From: Candidatus Woesebacteria bacterium GW2011_GWC1_42_9
GTDB taxonomy: Bacteria > Patescibacteriota > Microgenomatia > UBA8517
NCBI GenBank assembly: GCA_000995185.1
Contig: LCET01000009.1
Coordinates: forward strand, 1-45,812
Direction of reading: 5' to 3'
DNA: 45,812 nt
The notes beneath the pieces were generated by a model. That model ran no database searches. It was not told the DNA's origin and worked only from the letters and a program-made list of their open reading frames with translations. Shown in pieces: positions 30,639-39,504 of the stretch. Positions within the stretch are counted from its first letter, which is position 1, and each line of letters starts with the position of its first letter. The position numbers and the translations under genes are program-made.

Positions 30639-30876
30639 TAAATTTTGAGGTAGTTTTGTGAACGTAAATGCTTAATTTACAGTTATTGTAAATATCTACT
30701 ACAACTTATAGTTAGTGTAGGTATTTTTAATGAATCTATCGCTACTATCGGATAAAAAATTTTGTCGTTTATGCATGGAAAACTAGAAAAAAATATGAAT
30801 TTATCGTACACAGAAGGCAAAGGGTATGGTAAATGATAGAAATTTGCTGTGAAAATAGGCGTAGCTTGCAGAAATC

Positions 30877-31653
30877 ATGATTAATAAAGACCGAAAAATA
30901 GTCAAAATATTAAAAGTAAATGTTTCTAGCATTCGAAGGAGTCAAGTGCTAGATGAAATTCGAGGTAGCCTCAAAAAAAATAAGAAGATTTTGATAGTGA
31001 CCCCAAATCCCGAGATAATGGTTCACGCTCAGGGGAGCAAAAAATTGCTTGTTTCTTTAAATTCTGCAGATATTTCCATCTGCGACGGGATTGGTTTATT
31101 ATGGGCTTTAAAGCTGCTGAAAAAAGAAGTTCCAGAGAGGTTTCGAGGTAGGGAACTAATGATAGATCTCCTTAAAATAGCCAATGATAGCAAGTTAAAG
31201 GTATATTTCTTAGGCGCATCAGATAGTGTTAATCGTAAAGCCGTTAATCTGGCAAAAGAAAAATATCCAAAGGCAAAGATCCTTGGCGCTAGCGGGCCAT
31301 GGTTAGATGATCAAGCAGATCCTGTAACTGATTTTTATAATAAGCATGAGATTGAAGTAGTTAATCATATAAACGATCAGAAACCGGCTATTTTGCTTGT
31401 TGCCTTTGGCGCACCAAAGCAGGAAATATGGGCCCATAAGTGGAGGAACAATTTAGATGTAACTGTTATCATGACGGTTGGAGGAGCTTTTGATTACTTT
31501 GCTGGTACAGCAGTGGTACCGCCAATATGGGTGGCGAGAGTGGGCTTAGAATGGCTATGGCGCCTTCTTAGAGAGCCGCGAAGATTTAAAAGAATAATTA
31601 ATGCTTTAGTAACTTTCCCGTTATTAGTCTTGAAGGAAAGATTTTTGGAATAG
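30877..31653 (+). CDS. WecB/TagA/CpsF-family glycosyltransferase
   Basis: 258 aa. Family-typical motifs IVTPNPEIMV, DGIGLLWA, FGAPKQEIW and GGAFDYFAG. Confidence 0.85.
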   Translation: MINKDRKIVKILKVNVSSIRRSQVLDEIRGSLKKNKKILIVTPNPEIMVHAQGSKKLLVSLNSADISICDGIGLLWALKLLKKEVPERFRGRELMIDLLKIANDSKLKVYFLGASDSVNRKAVNLAKEKYPKAKILGASGPWLDDQADPVTDFYNKHEIEVVNHINDQKPAILLVAFGAPKQEIWAHKWRNNLDVTVIMTVGGAFDYFAGTAVVPPIWVARVGLEWLWRLLREPRRFKRIINALVTFPLLVLKERFLE

Positions 31654-31674
31654 GTTAATAGACCGATAATTTGT

Positions 31675-31714
31675 AGCGGGTGCTTATTGAAAAAATTACT
31701 ATAAGCACCCTGCT
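31675..31714. terminator. strong hairpin between convergent genes (possible bidirectional terminator)
   Basis: GGGTGCTTAT (31678-31687) pairs perfectly with ATAAGCACCC (31701-31710) across a 13-nt A/T-rich loop. It is flanked by AGC/GCT. Confidence 0.5.
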
Positions 31715-31716
31715 GG

Positions 31717-31980
31717 TTACCAATACAGTCCAAACCAGCGCTTCTTAACCACCCGGAAATACTTGGTGGTGAAATCGCTATTTGGAACTACCACTTCGGC
31801 ATATCCGCCAATATAGCGTATACGCGGAGCGCCGGACCGGTCTATATTACGCACTTCCCAGATCTTTTGGGATAAAGGCCAGTCATTCTTTTTTGGAAAG
31901 AGCACGGCAGAATGATGTTTTCTGGTTCGAATGACTAGTATCCCCACTTTTGGGAGAATGCGTTTCTCGCCCCTAAACAT
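31717..31980 (-). CDS. hypothetical basic 87-aa protein
   Basis: ORF only. No family recognised. Confidence 0.45.
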   Translation of the reverse strand: MFRGEKRILPKVGILVIRTRKHHSAVLFPKKNDWPLSQKIWEVRNIDRSGAPRIRYIGGYAEVVVPNSDFTTKYFRVVKKRWFGLYW

Positions 31981-32101
31981 TGTGTTCTCCTTAATGTTCC
32001 AATGGTTATTGGGAGGATTGTAGTATATGTAGGGTTAATAGTCAATATTATGGGATGTATGCCGGATGGCGTGGTTGACTTGCCACCCGGCACAATATAG
32101 G

Positions 32102-32275
32102 TTAAACAATCTTGAAATGTTTCGAGCTAATGTAATTTCTGTGTAGCTCAAGACAATTGCCCAAGCTATCTGCGAGAGTTAAGGTGCCAGTAAGTTCTTC
32201 AAGATTTAACGGCGCGATGTTAACAAGCATCGTGCCTTCTTTCAATCTCGGATTTAGATCTGTTAAAGGTTCCAT
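32102..32275 (-). CDS. hypothetical 57-aa protein (below the ORF-track length cut-off)
   Basis: Hand translation gives MEPLTDLNPRLKEGTMLVNIAPLNLEELTGTLTLADSLGNCLELHRNYISSKHFKIV*. It lies in an otherwise empty 386-bp gap. Confidence 0.3.
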   Translation of the reverse strand: MEPLTDLNPRLKEGTMLVNIAPLNLEELTGTLTLADSLGNCLELHRNYISSKHFKIV

Positions 32276-32366
32276 TTCTAGCCTCCCAGAAATCTGCTTT
32301 CGATAGGTGGGATTATATCATCCTGAGAGTTCGTGAGAGAAAGGTTTTGTTATAATCTGAGAGCCA

Positions 32367-33611
32367 ATGAGAGATATTGAAATAAAATTACCAAAGGGTA
32401 CGAAAATTCCAAACCATGTCGCCATCATCCCTGATGGTAACCGCCGCTGGGCAAGGGCAAGGGGACTTCACACTTTGAAAGGCCACAAAGCAGGCTTTGA
32501 ACGCGCCGTGGAGCTAGCTCGCGCCGCTCGCAGGATGGGAGTGCATACGGTGACTTTATGGGGGTTTTCGACTGAGAATTGGGATCGCACCGAGGAGGAA
32601 GTGGGATATCTCATGAGACTATATGTAAAGTTAATCAACGATTATCTAAAAGAAGCGGATCAGGAGAAGGTGAGATTGGTACATTTGGGAAGGAAAGATC
32701 GGTTGCCAGAGTTTTTGGTAAAAAAAATTGTAGAGGCAGAAAAGTCCACTTTTAATAATCATAAATATGTTGTCAATTTGGCGATTGATTACGGCGGGCA
32801 TGATGAGATTATCCGTGCCGTTAAGGGGATGATCAAGGATGATATCCCGGAAAATAAAATTAACAAAAAGCTTTTTGAGAAATATTTAGACACTTGGGAC
32901 CAGCTCTATCCTTATGTTGATTTACTGATTAGGACTAGCGGAGAACAGCGGACAAGCGGGCTGTTATTGTGGCAGATGGAGTATGCCGAAATGTACTGGG
33001 AGGATGATCATTTTCCCGATTTTACGCCTGAAAAATTAAGAAATGCAATCCTTGATTACTCATGTAGGAGAAGGCGTTTTGGAGGGAATGACAACGAAGG
33101 GCACTTTAAGTTTAAACCAGAGGTGACAGCCAAATTGGAACTAGACTGGTGGAGGCTTGGGAATATCCCCGAGGGCACTAAGTTTAGGGAATATGCCGCG
33201 GCCCATATCCGCGAGCAATGGGGAGTTTCCAAATCATTGGCTAAAGAAGCCGGAGGACACTTGGTCCTTGCGACACTTGCAGGGGAGAAAAAGCACTGGA
33301 AGGAGGCCGCCGTAAGCCTTAAGAGATTTTATAGATTGATCCGGGATGAAGTGAAGCTTGCCTTTGAGCCGTCCCTGGCCGCTTCTCTTGGAGTTAAACT
33401 TTGGCAGAAACCGGATGAAGATACTCAGAGGAAATTTATCGCCGAAGTCTACCGGATCAGTGATTTCCAGGCGGCAAAGGCGGCACATTTGAGGTCCCTT
33501 GCTTCTAAAGAGAGAGTTCTTGCCGAAGCCGGGGAGGGCGATGAGCATTGGCAATTAGCAAAAGAGTATCTTCTGGAGTATTACAAAGCCCTCAAAGATC
33601 GAGTAGCCTAG
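32367..33611 (+). CDS. uppS: undecaprenyl-diphosphate synthase (cis-prenyltransferase) with a ~175-aa C-terminal helical extension
   Basis: HVAIIPDGNRRWA and RTSGEQRTSGLLLWQMEYAEMYW define the UppS core, ending at about aa 238. Aa 240-414 have no recognisable family. Confidence 0.9.
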   Translation: MRDIEIKLPKGTKIPNHVAIIPDGNRRWARARGLHTLKGHKAGFERAVELARAARRMGVHTVTLWGFSTENWDRTEEEVGYLMRLYVKLINDYLKEADQEKVRLVHLGRKDRLPEFLVKKIVEAEKSTFNNHKYVVNLAIDYGGHDEIIRAVKGMIKDDIPENKINKKLFEKYLDTWDQLYPYVDLLIRTSGEQRTSGLLLWQMEYAEMYWEDDHFPDFTPEKLRNAILDYSCRRRRFGGNDNEGHFKFKPEVTAKLELDWWRLGNIPEGTKFREYAAAHIREQWGVSKSLAKEAGGHLVLATLAGEKKHWKEAAVSLKRFYRLIRDEVKLAFEPSLAASLGVKLWQKPDEDTQRKFIAEVYRISDFQAAKAAHLRSLASKERVLAEAGEGDEHWQLAKEYLLEYYKALKDRVA

Positions 33612-33682
33612 GGATTTTTATGAAAAGTGGGGCTTGACGGCTCTGTCCCTGTTTGTTACTTTGTGATTAACTTAAGATTATT

Positions 33683-33889
33683 TTGATGGATAAAAAGAAG
33701 ATTAATATTAAAAGTCTCCCGGATCTCCTTACAGTACGCGAAGTGGCAGAGCTATTAAGAGTTTCCCCTTTGACGATCAAGCGCTGGGGAAAGCGCGGAA
33801 AGCTCCCGCCGATTAGGATCAATTCTCGCGGGGATAGGCGCTATAAAAAAGAAGCGGTTTTATATCTCCTGGGAATTCAAGAAAGCTAG
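33683..33889 (+). CDS. small excisionase/MerR-type helix-turn-helix DNA-binding protein
   Basis: 68 aa. LTVREVAELLRVSPLTIKRWGKRGKLPPIRINSRGDRRYKKEAV closely parallels the HTH at the N-terminus of the giant protein. Confidence 0.8.
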   Translation: MMDKKKINIKSLPDLLTVREVAELLRVSPLTIKRWGKRGKLPPIRINSRGDRRYKKEAVLYLLGIQES

Positions 33890-33921
33890 TTTACTTTAGG
33901 GCCTTCATAGTATAATTAGCC

Positions 33922-34782
33922 ATGCGCAAGTTAGTTATAGCACTGTTTATATTTTGTTTAGCGTTTTTTAGTTCTTCGGCGGTATCCGCCCAGCAAATTG
34001 GCCCGCTATTGGAAACTGAACCCACGATCACTCCGCGCCCGGATATTACTCAGACTACCGAGGAGGTCGCTGAGCCTTTGGGCAAGCTTTTGGAGTCACA
34101 AAAGCTTGGGGCGGTCTGGCCATTTAACCCGATAAAATATGCCATTCGCGCCTCGGTTGAGGTGGGGGTTGCTCCGACTACAGTAGTACTCCTCCTCCTT
34201 TTGCCGGTAATCGCCGCCTTTATCGCCGCAGCGAGGCACATTATTGGTCTTCGAGGTTTTGGAATATTTTTACCGGCGTCGCTTGCAATAGTGTTTTTGG
34301 CAATTGGGCCGGTCTTGGGGATACTTCTTTTTGTTGTGATCGTTGCGGTTTCGACCTTCTCGAGGCTAGTCCTTAGGAAAGCTAAGGTAAAACTACAGTA
34401 TTTGCCCAGGATGTCGCTTTTACTCCTTCTTGTTGTCATTGGGGTACTAAACATCTTGTTTTTGGCGCCGGTTTGGAAGTATCCGGACTTAACAAATGTC
34501 AGTATTTTCCCAGTTTTGATACTGGTGCTCCTGGCGGAGGACTTTTCAAAAGTACAGCTGGGAAAAAGCGCCCGCACCGCGGTCACCCTCGCAACGGAGA
34601 CTTTGATCCTTTCACTTTTGTCCTATACTTTCTTGATCATGGATCCATTGAGGGTGTTTGCGCTTCTTCATCCTGAGTCGCTTCTTGTGGCAGTTTTGGT
34701 TGTGGATTTGGTACTTGGGAAATACACTGGCCTGAGGGTAGCTGAATACTGGAGGTACCGAAAACTTCTTCGAGGCAAATAA
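33922..34782 (+). CDS. 7TM membrane protein of the type usually fused to an inactive transglutaminase (7TM_transglut-like)
   Basis: 286 aa. Signal peptide, ~70-aa exposed segment, then about seven TM helices with GLRGFGIFLPASLAIVF, LPRMSLLLLLVV, LLAEDFSKVQLGKS and C-terminal GLRVAEYWRYRKL. Confidence 0.75.
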   Translation: MRKLVIALFIFCLAFFSSSAVSAQQIGPLLETEPTITPRPDITQTTEEVAEPLGKLLESQKLGAVWPFNPIKYAIRASVEVGVAPTTVVLLLLLPVIAAFIAAARHIIGLRGFGIFLPASLAIVFLAIGPVLGILLFVVIVAVSTFSRLVLRKAKVKLQYLPRMSLLLLLVVIGVLNILFLAPVWKYPDLTNVSIFPVLILVLLAEDFSKVQLGKSARTAVTLATETLILSLLSYTFLIMDPLRVFALLHPESLLVAVLVVDLVLGKYTGLRVAEYWRYRKLLRGK

Positions 34783-34784
34783 CC

Positions 34785-36140
34785 ATGAAGGCATCAGCAA
34801 TATTAGGCTTAAATGCTCGTACGCAGCTCTTTTCTTACTCGCATAATAAATCTCACGGGAAGGGAGTGGCCGCTTCAAAGCTATGGACTTATCGGGTCCT
34901 ATCAAAGGTTGGTATGCCGACTCCTGAGATTTGCGCTAAGTTTATAAATCCGGGAGACATTTTAAATTATGATTGGTCGCGGCTTCCTTCAGCCTTTGCC
35001 TTAAAACCAAGTCGAGGACTGGGGGGAGAGGGGATCATTGTCGTCAAAAGAAGGGCCAAGGATGGAAATGGGTGGATGACCACAAGTAGGGAAAGGGTAA
35101 CTGCGGAGGACCTCAAACTTCATGCACTAGACATTCTTGAGGGGGCGTACAGTTTGAATAATGAGCCAGACATTGCCTTGGTGCAGGAGTATGTCGGGCG
35201 GCATAAGGCATTTAAGAAATATGCTTACCGCGGGACGCCTGATATCCGGGTAATTGTTTTTAATAAAGTGCCGGTGATGGCAATGCTAAGGCTTCCGACT
35301 AAGGATTCCGGAGGGAGGGCAAATCTTCACCAGGGGGCGCTTGGTGTCGGGATCGATATCGCCACAGGGATCACAACATATGCGATTTGGTATGGCGATT
35401 ATGTCAAATATAAGCCTGGCACAAAACGCAAGCTTCATGGGATAAAGATCCCAAATTGGACAAAAATATTGGAGACTGCCGTGAAAGCGCATGAAGTGGC
35501 AAAGCTTGGATATGCCGGCGTGGATATCGTCATCCATCCAAGCCGCGGACCGATGATCTTGGAACTTAATTATCAGCCAGGTCTTCAGATCCAGCTTGCC
35601 AATAAAGAGGGCTTAAGAAAACGCCTCGAGAGAGTTGAAGACCTTAAAGTACGTGACCCAGAGCATGGCGTACACATCGCAAAAGCTTTGTTTGCGGCAA
35701 GCTTTGCCCATCGGGTGAGGCCGAAAGATGAAATAAAGACCATCTCGGCACTCGAGGAAATTACAATTAAAGGGGTCGCGAAGGGGCAACGCAAGAAAGT
35801 GATGGCAAAAATCGATACCGGGGCGTACCGCACTTCAGTTGAATACAAAATTGCTAAAGAATTAGGGCTTCTCAGAAAGGAAAATATCTTTTTGACTACC
35901 CGGAGAGTGAGGAGCTCTTTAGGAGTTACCGAAAGACCAATTATAGGGTTCACTTTTTGGCTTGCCGGAAGGAAAATAAAAACTTATACTTCCGTAGCCA
36001 AGCGTGATAGGCTTCGCTATTCTGTAATCATCGGAAGACGTGATCTCAGCGGGTTTTTAGTTGATCCGTTAATTGAAAGTCATACGGAGGAGGCAGAAAA
36101 AAGAGTAATAGAAGCGGTAAATAAAAAAGATGGAAAATAA
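34785..36140 (+). CDS. fusion of an alpha-L-glutamate-ligase-related ATP-grasp enzyme and a retropepsin-like (COG4067 'Zn_protease') domain
   Basis: 451 aa. N-terminal ILGLNARTQLF..., KPSRGLGGEGIIVV, GTPDIRVIVFNKVPVMAMLRLPTKDSGGRANLHQGALGVGIDIATG and YAGVDIVIHPSRGPMILELNYQPGL. C-terminal (aa ~325-440) AKIDTGAYRTSV (D-T-G-A), VRSSLGVTERPII and VIIGRRDLSGFLVDP. Confidence 0.85.
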   Translation: MKASAILGLNARTQLFSYSHNKSHGKGVAASKLWTYRVLSKVGMPTPEICAKFINPGDILNYDWSRLPSAFALKPSRGLGGEGIIVVKRRAKDGNGWMTTSRERVTAEDLKLHALDILEGAYSLNNEPDIALVQEYVGRHKAFKKYAYRGTPDIRVIVFNKVPVMAMLRLPTKDSGGRANLHQGALGVGIDIATGITTYAIWYGDYVKYKPGTKRKLHGIKIPNWTKILETAVKAHEVAKLGYAGVDIVIHPSRGPMILELNYQPGLQIQLANKEGLRKRLERVEDLKVRDPEHGVHIAKALFAASFAHRVRPKDEIKTISALEEITIKGVAKGQRKKVMAKIDTGAYRTSVEYKIAKELGLLRKENIFLTTRRVRSSLGVTERPIIGFTFWLAGRKIKTYTSVAKRDRLRYSVIIGRRDLSGFLVDPLIESHTEEAEKRVIEAVNKKDGK

Positions 36141-37029
36141 CTTATTGATAGTGACCGGCGGCCCGGTAAGTAAGATTGAGCCGTTTGTCGAGCAGGCTGG
36201 GAAACTCGGGGTAAAACTCACGATTGCTTCATTTTCTGATCTTGAGTTTCAAAGCGGTGGTAAATATGAGCTGAAAATATTGGGTCGCGACGTGCGTGGA
36301 TTTGACGTATTATATATTCGTTTAGTCGGGAAGCGCTTGGAGGACGCCACGCTTCTGGCGCGATATGCAAAGGAGAAAGGCTTAAGGGTAGTCGATAAAC
36401 ATTACGGCAGTGCTCATATGATGCCGGTTTCATTAAGCAAGGCAATTGAGCTTTCGCTCCTAATTGAGAATAATATCCCCACCCCTGCGACTTATTTTGG
36501 GAGCTTAGAGAATATTAAGAATAAAGCGGGAGGGGTGGTCGGGTTCCCATTTGTCCTTAAAAGCACCTCCGGTAAAAAGGCGCGTGAAGTCTGGTCGCCA
36601 GAGACCCACGAAGAATTGGATGAATTGATGAATAAGCTTGCTAAGGAAGAGAAAGAAGGGAAGCGTTTTTTTGCACAAGAATTTACTAAGGCAAGCCAGA
36701 GAGTGAGGGTGTTTGTGCTTGGGGATAGGGCTATTGGGGCAATTACCAGGCCTACAAAGTGGAGAAAGCGGTTTATAGAGAAAGTTAATGGAGAATACCC
36801 GGAGGGGGAAAAGAAGGCTGTTTATCCAGTCCCTGAAAAGTATGAGGCGCTTGCTGTAAGAGCGGCAAAAGCAGTAGAGATAGACATCGCCGGAGTTGAT
36901 CTTGCCGAAGATGAGAATGGTAAGATGGTTGTCTGGGAAGTAAATTCTGCTCCTGCCTGGAAGGCGGTTTCCAAAGACACAGGGATAAATGTGGAAGAGG
37001 AGATATTAAAATGGATTCTCAAAAAGTAA
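36130..37029 (+). CDS. RimK/LysX-family ATP-grasp ligase
   Basis: 299 aa. FPFVLKSTSGKKAREV, FAQEFTKASQRVRVFVLGDRAIGAITR and IAGVDLAEDENGKMVVWEVNSAPAW. Overlaps the upstream gene by 11 nt. Confidence 0.8.
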   Translation: MENNLLIVTGGPVSKIEPFVEQAGKLGVKLTIASFSDLEFQSGGKYELKILGRDVRGFDVLYIRLVGKRLEDATLLARYAKEKGLRVVDKHYGSAHMMPVSLSKAIELSLLIENNIPTPATYFGSLENIKNKAGGVVGFPFVLKSTSGKKAREVWSPETHEELDELMNKLAKEEKEGKRFFAQEFTKASQRVRVFVLGDRAIGAITRPTKWRKRFIEKVNGEYPEGEKKAVYPVPEKYEALAVRAAKAVEIDIAGVDLAEDENGKMVVWEVNSAPAWKAVSKDTGINVEEEILKWILKK

Positions 37030-37643
37030 AGAAAATCTATCAGAAAAAGTTTGAAAAGCATGGGGTAGACCCTAAAAGTCTTTTTTGGGCAAGGAAAGGG
37101 GCCGCTCACCAGCGCTTCAGACAAATTTGGGCTGAGGTAGATTTTAATGGTAAATCGGTATTAGATGTTGGCTGCGGTTTTGGGGAGATGGCCAAATTTT
37201 TAGACAAGCGCTACAAGATTAAAAGCTATACGGGGGTGGACATCGTCCCGGAATTTATCGCGGAAGCCAAAAAAAACTTTCCCCATCACAAATTTATTGC
37301 CTGCGATTATTTTTCCAAGCCTCTCTCTGAGAAATTTGATGTGGTGATGGCAAGCGGGACCCTCAATTCAAATATAGAGGACGGCATGTCCGCCAATGGG
37401 GCGGGGAATATGGATTTTCGCAAAAAGGCAATTAAGGCCATGTTTGAGCATGCCAATATAGTGTGCTCTTTTAATATGCTTGGGGGTCATCCTCAGCCGG
37501 AAAATAGGGACGATAACCATGTCTGGTATGCTGATTCGTTGGAAATATTAGAATATTGCATGAGCCTCACCAGGCGGGTGATTTTGAGGCACCACTACAA
37601 CCCTAAAGACTTCACGATCTTCATGTATCCGGTGAAAAGCTAG
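37011..37643 (+). CDS. class I SAM-dependent methyltransferase
   Basis: 210 aa. Motif I VLDVGCGFGEMAKFL and motif post-II FDVVMASGTL. Overlaps the upstream gene by 19 nt. Confidence 0.8.
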   Translation: MDSQKVKKIYQKKFEKHGVDPKSLFWARKGAAHQRFRQIWAEVDFNGKSVLDVGCGFGEMAKFLDKRYKIKSYTGVDIVPEFIAEAKKNFPHHKFIACDYFSKPLSEKFDVVMASGTLNSNIEDGMSANGAGNMDFRKKAIKAMFEHANIVCSFNMLGGHPQPENRDDNHVWYADSLEILEYCMSLTRRVILRHHYNPKDFTIFMYPVKS

Positions 37644-37699
37644 GGGAATTTATCATCTTATAGTATAATAAATAAGTTCAATAGTGATAGGAGAAATTC

Positions 37700-38308
37700 A
37701 TGAACTTTGAAGATTGGCTGAAGGAGTTTGTAGAAACCGGGAAAGTTTGGCGAAATGGCCTGGTGGAGGTTTCGCTACAGTTTGTGTGTTTTGGAGCTGA
37801 TTTCAGAAATCTTTCTGATGAAGGGATAGCCTCCCTCAGGAAATATACCAATGAGGGCAAGGCTTTGGGCGTGCGCGAGGTCTGGGGTGGTAAATTTGAT
37901 GCTTATAAAGCCTGGACTAAGCAATTTATCGCAGAGTATGAAGCCGAGCATGGGATTGAGCTGCCGGCGCTTGTGCCGAGCGGGCGGAAGAACTCGGGGA
38001 TGATCCAGTTTTTTGGCGAGCTCACCGCTTTTGCGGCAGGAGTAATGTCTATCTCTGAGTTTACGCTATTTATGGAGGCAAGAATTCTAAACGGCCGTCT
38101 CTGGGAAGAAGGGCGTAAAGATGAGCGTGTGCGTGTGAACGTGCCGACTTCCGATAAGCCGATCTTGTTGTCGTCTTTCCCGCCAAGCTTCCCGCTCGCG
38201 GCCTGGGAATTTACTGCCGGTGGTGAGAGATTCTCTCGATTTTACCCGCCGGCAGTAGTTATTAGGCTTGCTTGGCTACCCACCCCGTTCCTTTCAAGAT
38301 ATCATTGA
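37700..38308 (+). CDS. hypothetical protein
   Basis: 202 aa. AGGAG Shine-Dalgarno 6 nt upstream and TATAAT at about 37664. No family recognised. Confidence 0.55.
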   Translation: MNFEDWLKEFVETGKVWRNGLVEVSLQFVCFGADFRNLSDEGIASLRKYTNEGKALGVREVWGGKFDAYKAWTKQFIAEYEAEHGIELPALVPSGRKNSGMIQFFGELTAFAAGVMSISEFTLFMEARILNGRLWEEGRKDERVRVNVPTSDKPILLSSFPPSFPLAAWEFTAGGERFSRFYPPAVVIRLAWLPTPFLSRYH

Positions 38309-38504
38309 GGTCAGGATTGCCATCTTCATGGTCAATTGACCCTACTAAAATTTTTGCTTCGTGATATTCCTCATCAGGCGTTTCGTAGCTGACGATGAAA
38401 TCACCAAACCTCTCCTCTGGCCCGTGCGCAGCGGATATGTTCCGATATCCCTGCGAGGCTAACCAATAGGCGATTACACTCTTAATGCAATCTCTATCCA
38501 ACAT
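38262..38504 (-). CDS. hypothetical acidic 80-aa protein
   Basis: GAGGG Shine-Dalgarno upstream. Converges on and overlaps the 37700 gene by 47 nt. No family recognised. Confidence 0.45.
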   Translation of the reverse strand: MLDRDCIKSVIAYWLASQGYRNISAAHGPEERFGDFIVSYETPDEEYHEAKILVGSIDHEDGNPDLNDILKGTGWVAKQA

Positions 38505-38547
38505 TTCAAACCCTCACTTTACTAGCCGATGGAAATATTCTACCAGA

Positions 38548-38949
38548 TTATTTCAACTCGACTGCGGCTCCGGCTGTTTTTAAAGCTTCTTCTGCTTTTT
38601 TAGCATCTTCTGCCTTGGCATCTTTGACAATTTCGGATGGAACTTGCTCAGTCATATCTTTGGCTTCTTTAAGTCCCCAGTTTTGATTAATCTCACGAAG
38701 TGCTTTTATGACAGCAATCTTGTTTGTGCCTGCACTAGTCATGACAACTGTCTTTGTGGCGCTTTCTTCATCTTTCTTTGCTTCGCCCTCTGCTGGTGCT
38801 CCTGCTGGCGCAGCCATTTGCGGGACGACGGCTGAGACTCCGAGTTTATCTTGAAGTTCTGTGACTAATTCACTAAGCTCCAAAACACTAAGTTTTGAGA
38901 TTTCATCAACTAATTTTGATACGGCTTTTGATTCTTTTTTATCTGCCAT
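38548..38949 (-). CDS. rplL: 50S ribosomal protein L7/L12
   Basis: 133 aa. N-terminal dimerisation helix, Ala/Glu/Pro hinge, C-terminal KIAVIKALREI...GLKEAKD...AGAAVELK. Confidence 0.95.
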   Translation of the reverse strand: MADKKESKAVSKLVDEISKLSVLELSELVTELQDKLGVSAVVPQMAAPAGAPAEGEAKKDEESATKTVVMTSAGTNKIAVIKALREINQNWGLKEAKDMTEQVPSEIVKDAKAEDAKKAEEALKTAGAAVELK

Positions 38950-38951
38950 GT

Positions 38952-39494
38952 TTAGTCACCTCCTTTGTCTGCTTTTGATTTCAAAATATAGATTAATTTC
39001 TGTAAATTTCCTTCTAGAGTGCCGACTAGTCCATACATTGGCCCAGCAATTGCACCCACTACCTGTCCGGCTAGTACCTCGCGAGTAGGAAGCTTGCTTA
39101 TGGCCAAAAGCCCTGTTTCATTTAGAAATTTCCCCTCAATGATCCCTGCTTTGAGTTTTGGAGCTTCAAATTCTTTGATAAATTTACCAAGAGCTTGGAT
39201 GGGGCTAATGGCATCTTCATTTGCAAAGATAAGTGCGGTTTGACCGGTGAGAATGTCTTCACTTAAAACTTCATCGCTAATTTCGGCTTTTTTTCCAGCG
39301 AGGTTTATGAGAGTGTTTTTAGCGACGATCATTCGTGCTCCAGCTTCGGTGAGCTTTTCTCGAAGCGTTGAGAGGGCGCTCATCCCCATCCCGGAGTAGT
39401 CAACCATCACGAGAGACTTGGCCTTTTTAATATCACTGGCCAAGTTGTCAACAGCTTCTTTTTTTTCTTGTTTTATTTTAGCTACAGGTGCCAT
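38952..39494 (-). CDS. rplJ: 50S ribosomal protein L10
   Basis: MAPVAKIKQEKKEAVDNLA...VMVDYSGMGMSALSTLREKLTEAGARMIVAKNTL. ATG 39494 is preferred over the track's TTG at 39506, which lies in the U-tract of the leader hairpin. Confidence 0.92.
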   Translation of the reverse strand: MAPVAKIKQEKKEAVDNLASDIKKAKSLVMVDYSGMGMSALSTLREKLTEAGARMIVAKNTLINLAGKKAEISDEVLSEDILTGQTALIFANEDAISPIQALGKFIKEFEAPKLKAGIIEGKFLNETGLLAISKLPTREVLAGQVVGAIAGPMYGLVGTLEGNLQKLIYILKSKADKGGD

Positions 39495-39504
39495 ATTAAT
39501 GCAC

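Noticed and set aside
34050-34586. 178-aa minus-strand ORF opposite the 7TM gene
   Set aside because: The plus-strand product has a coherent signal peptide and TM-helix pattern and fits the operon. The minus-strand ORF is a shadow.
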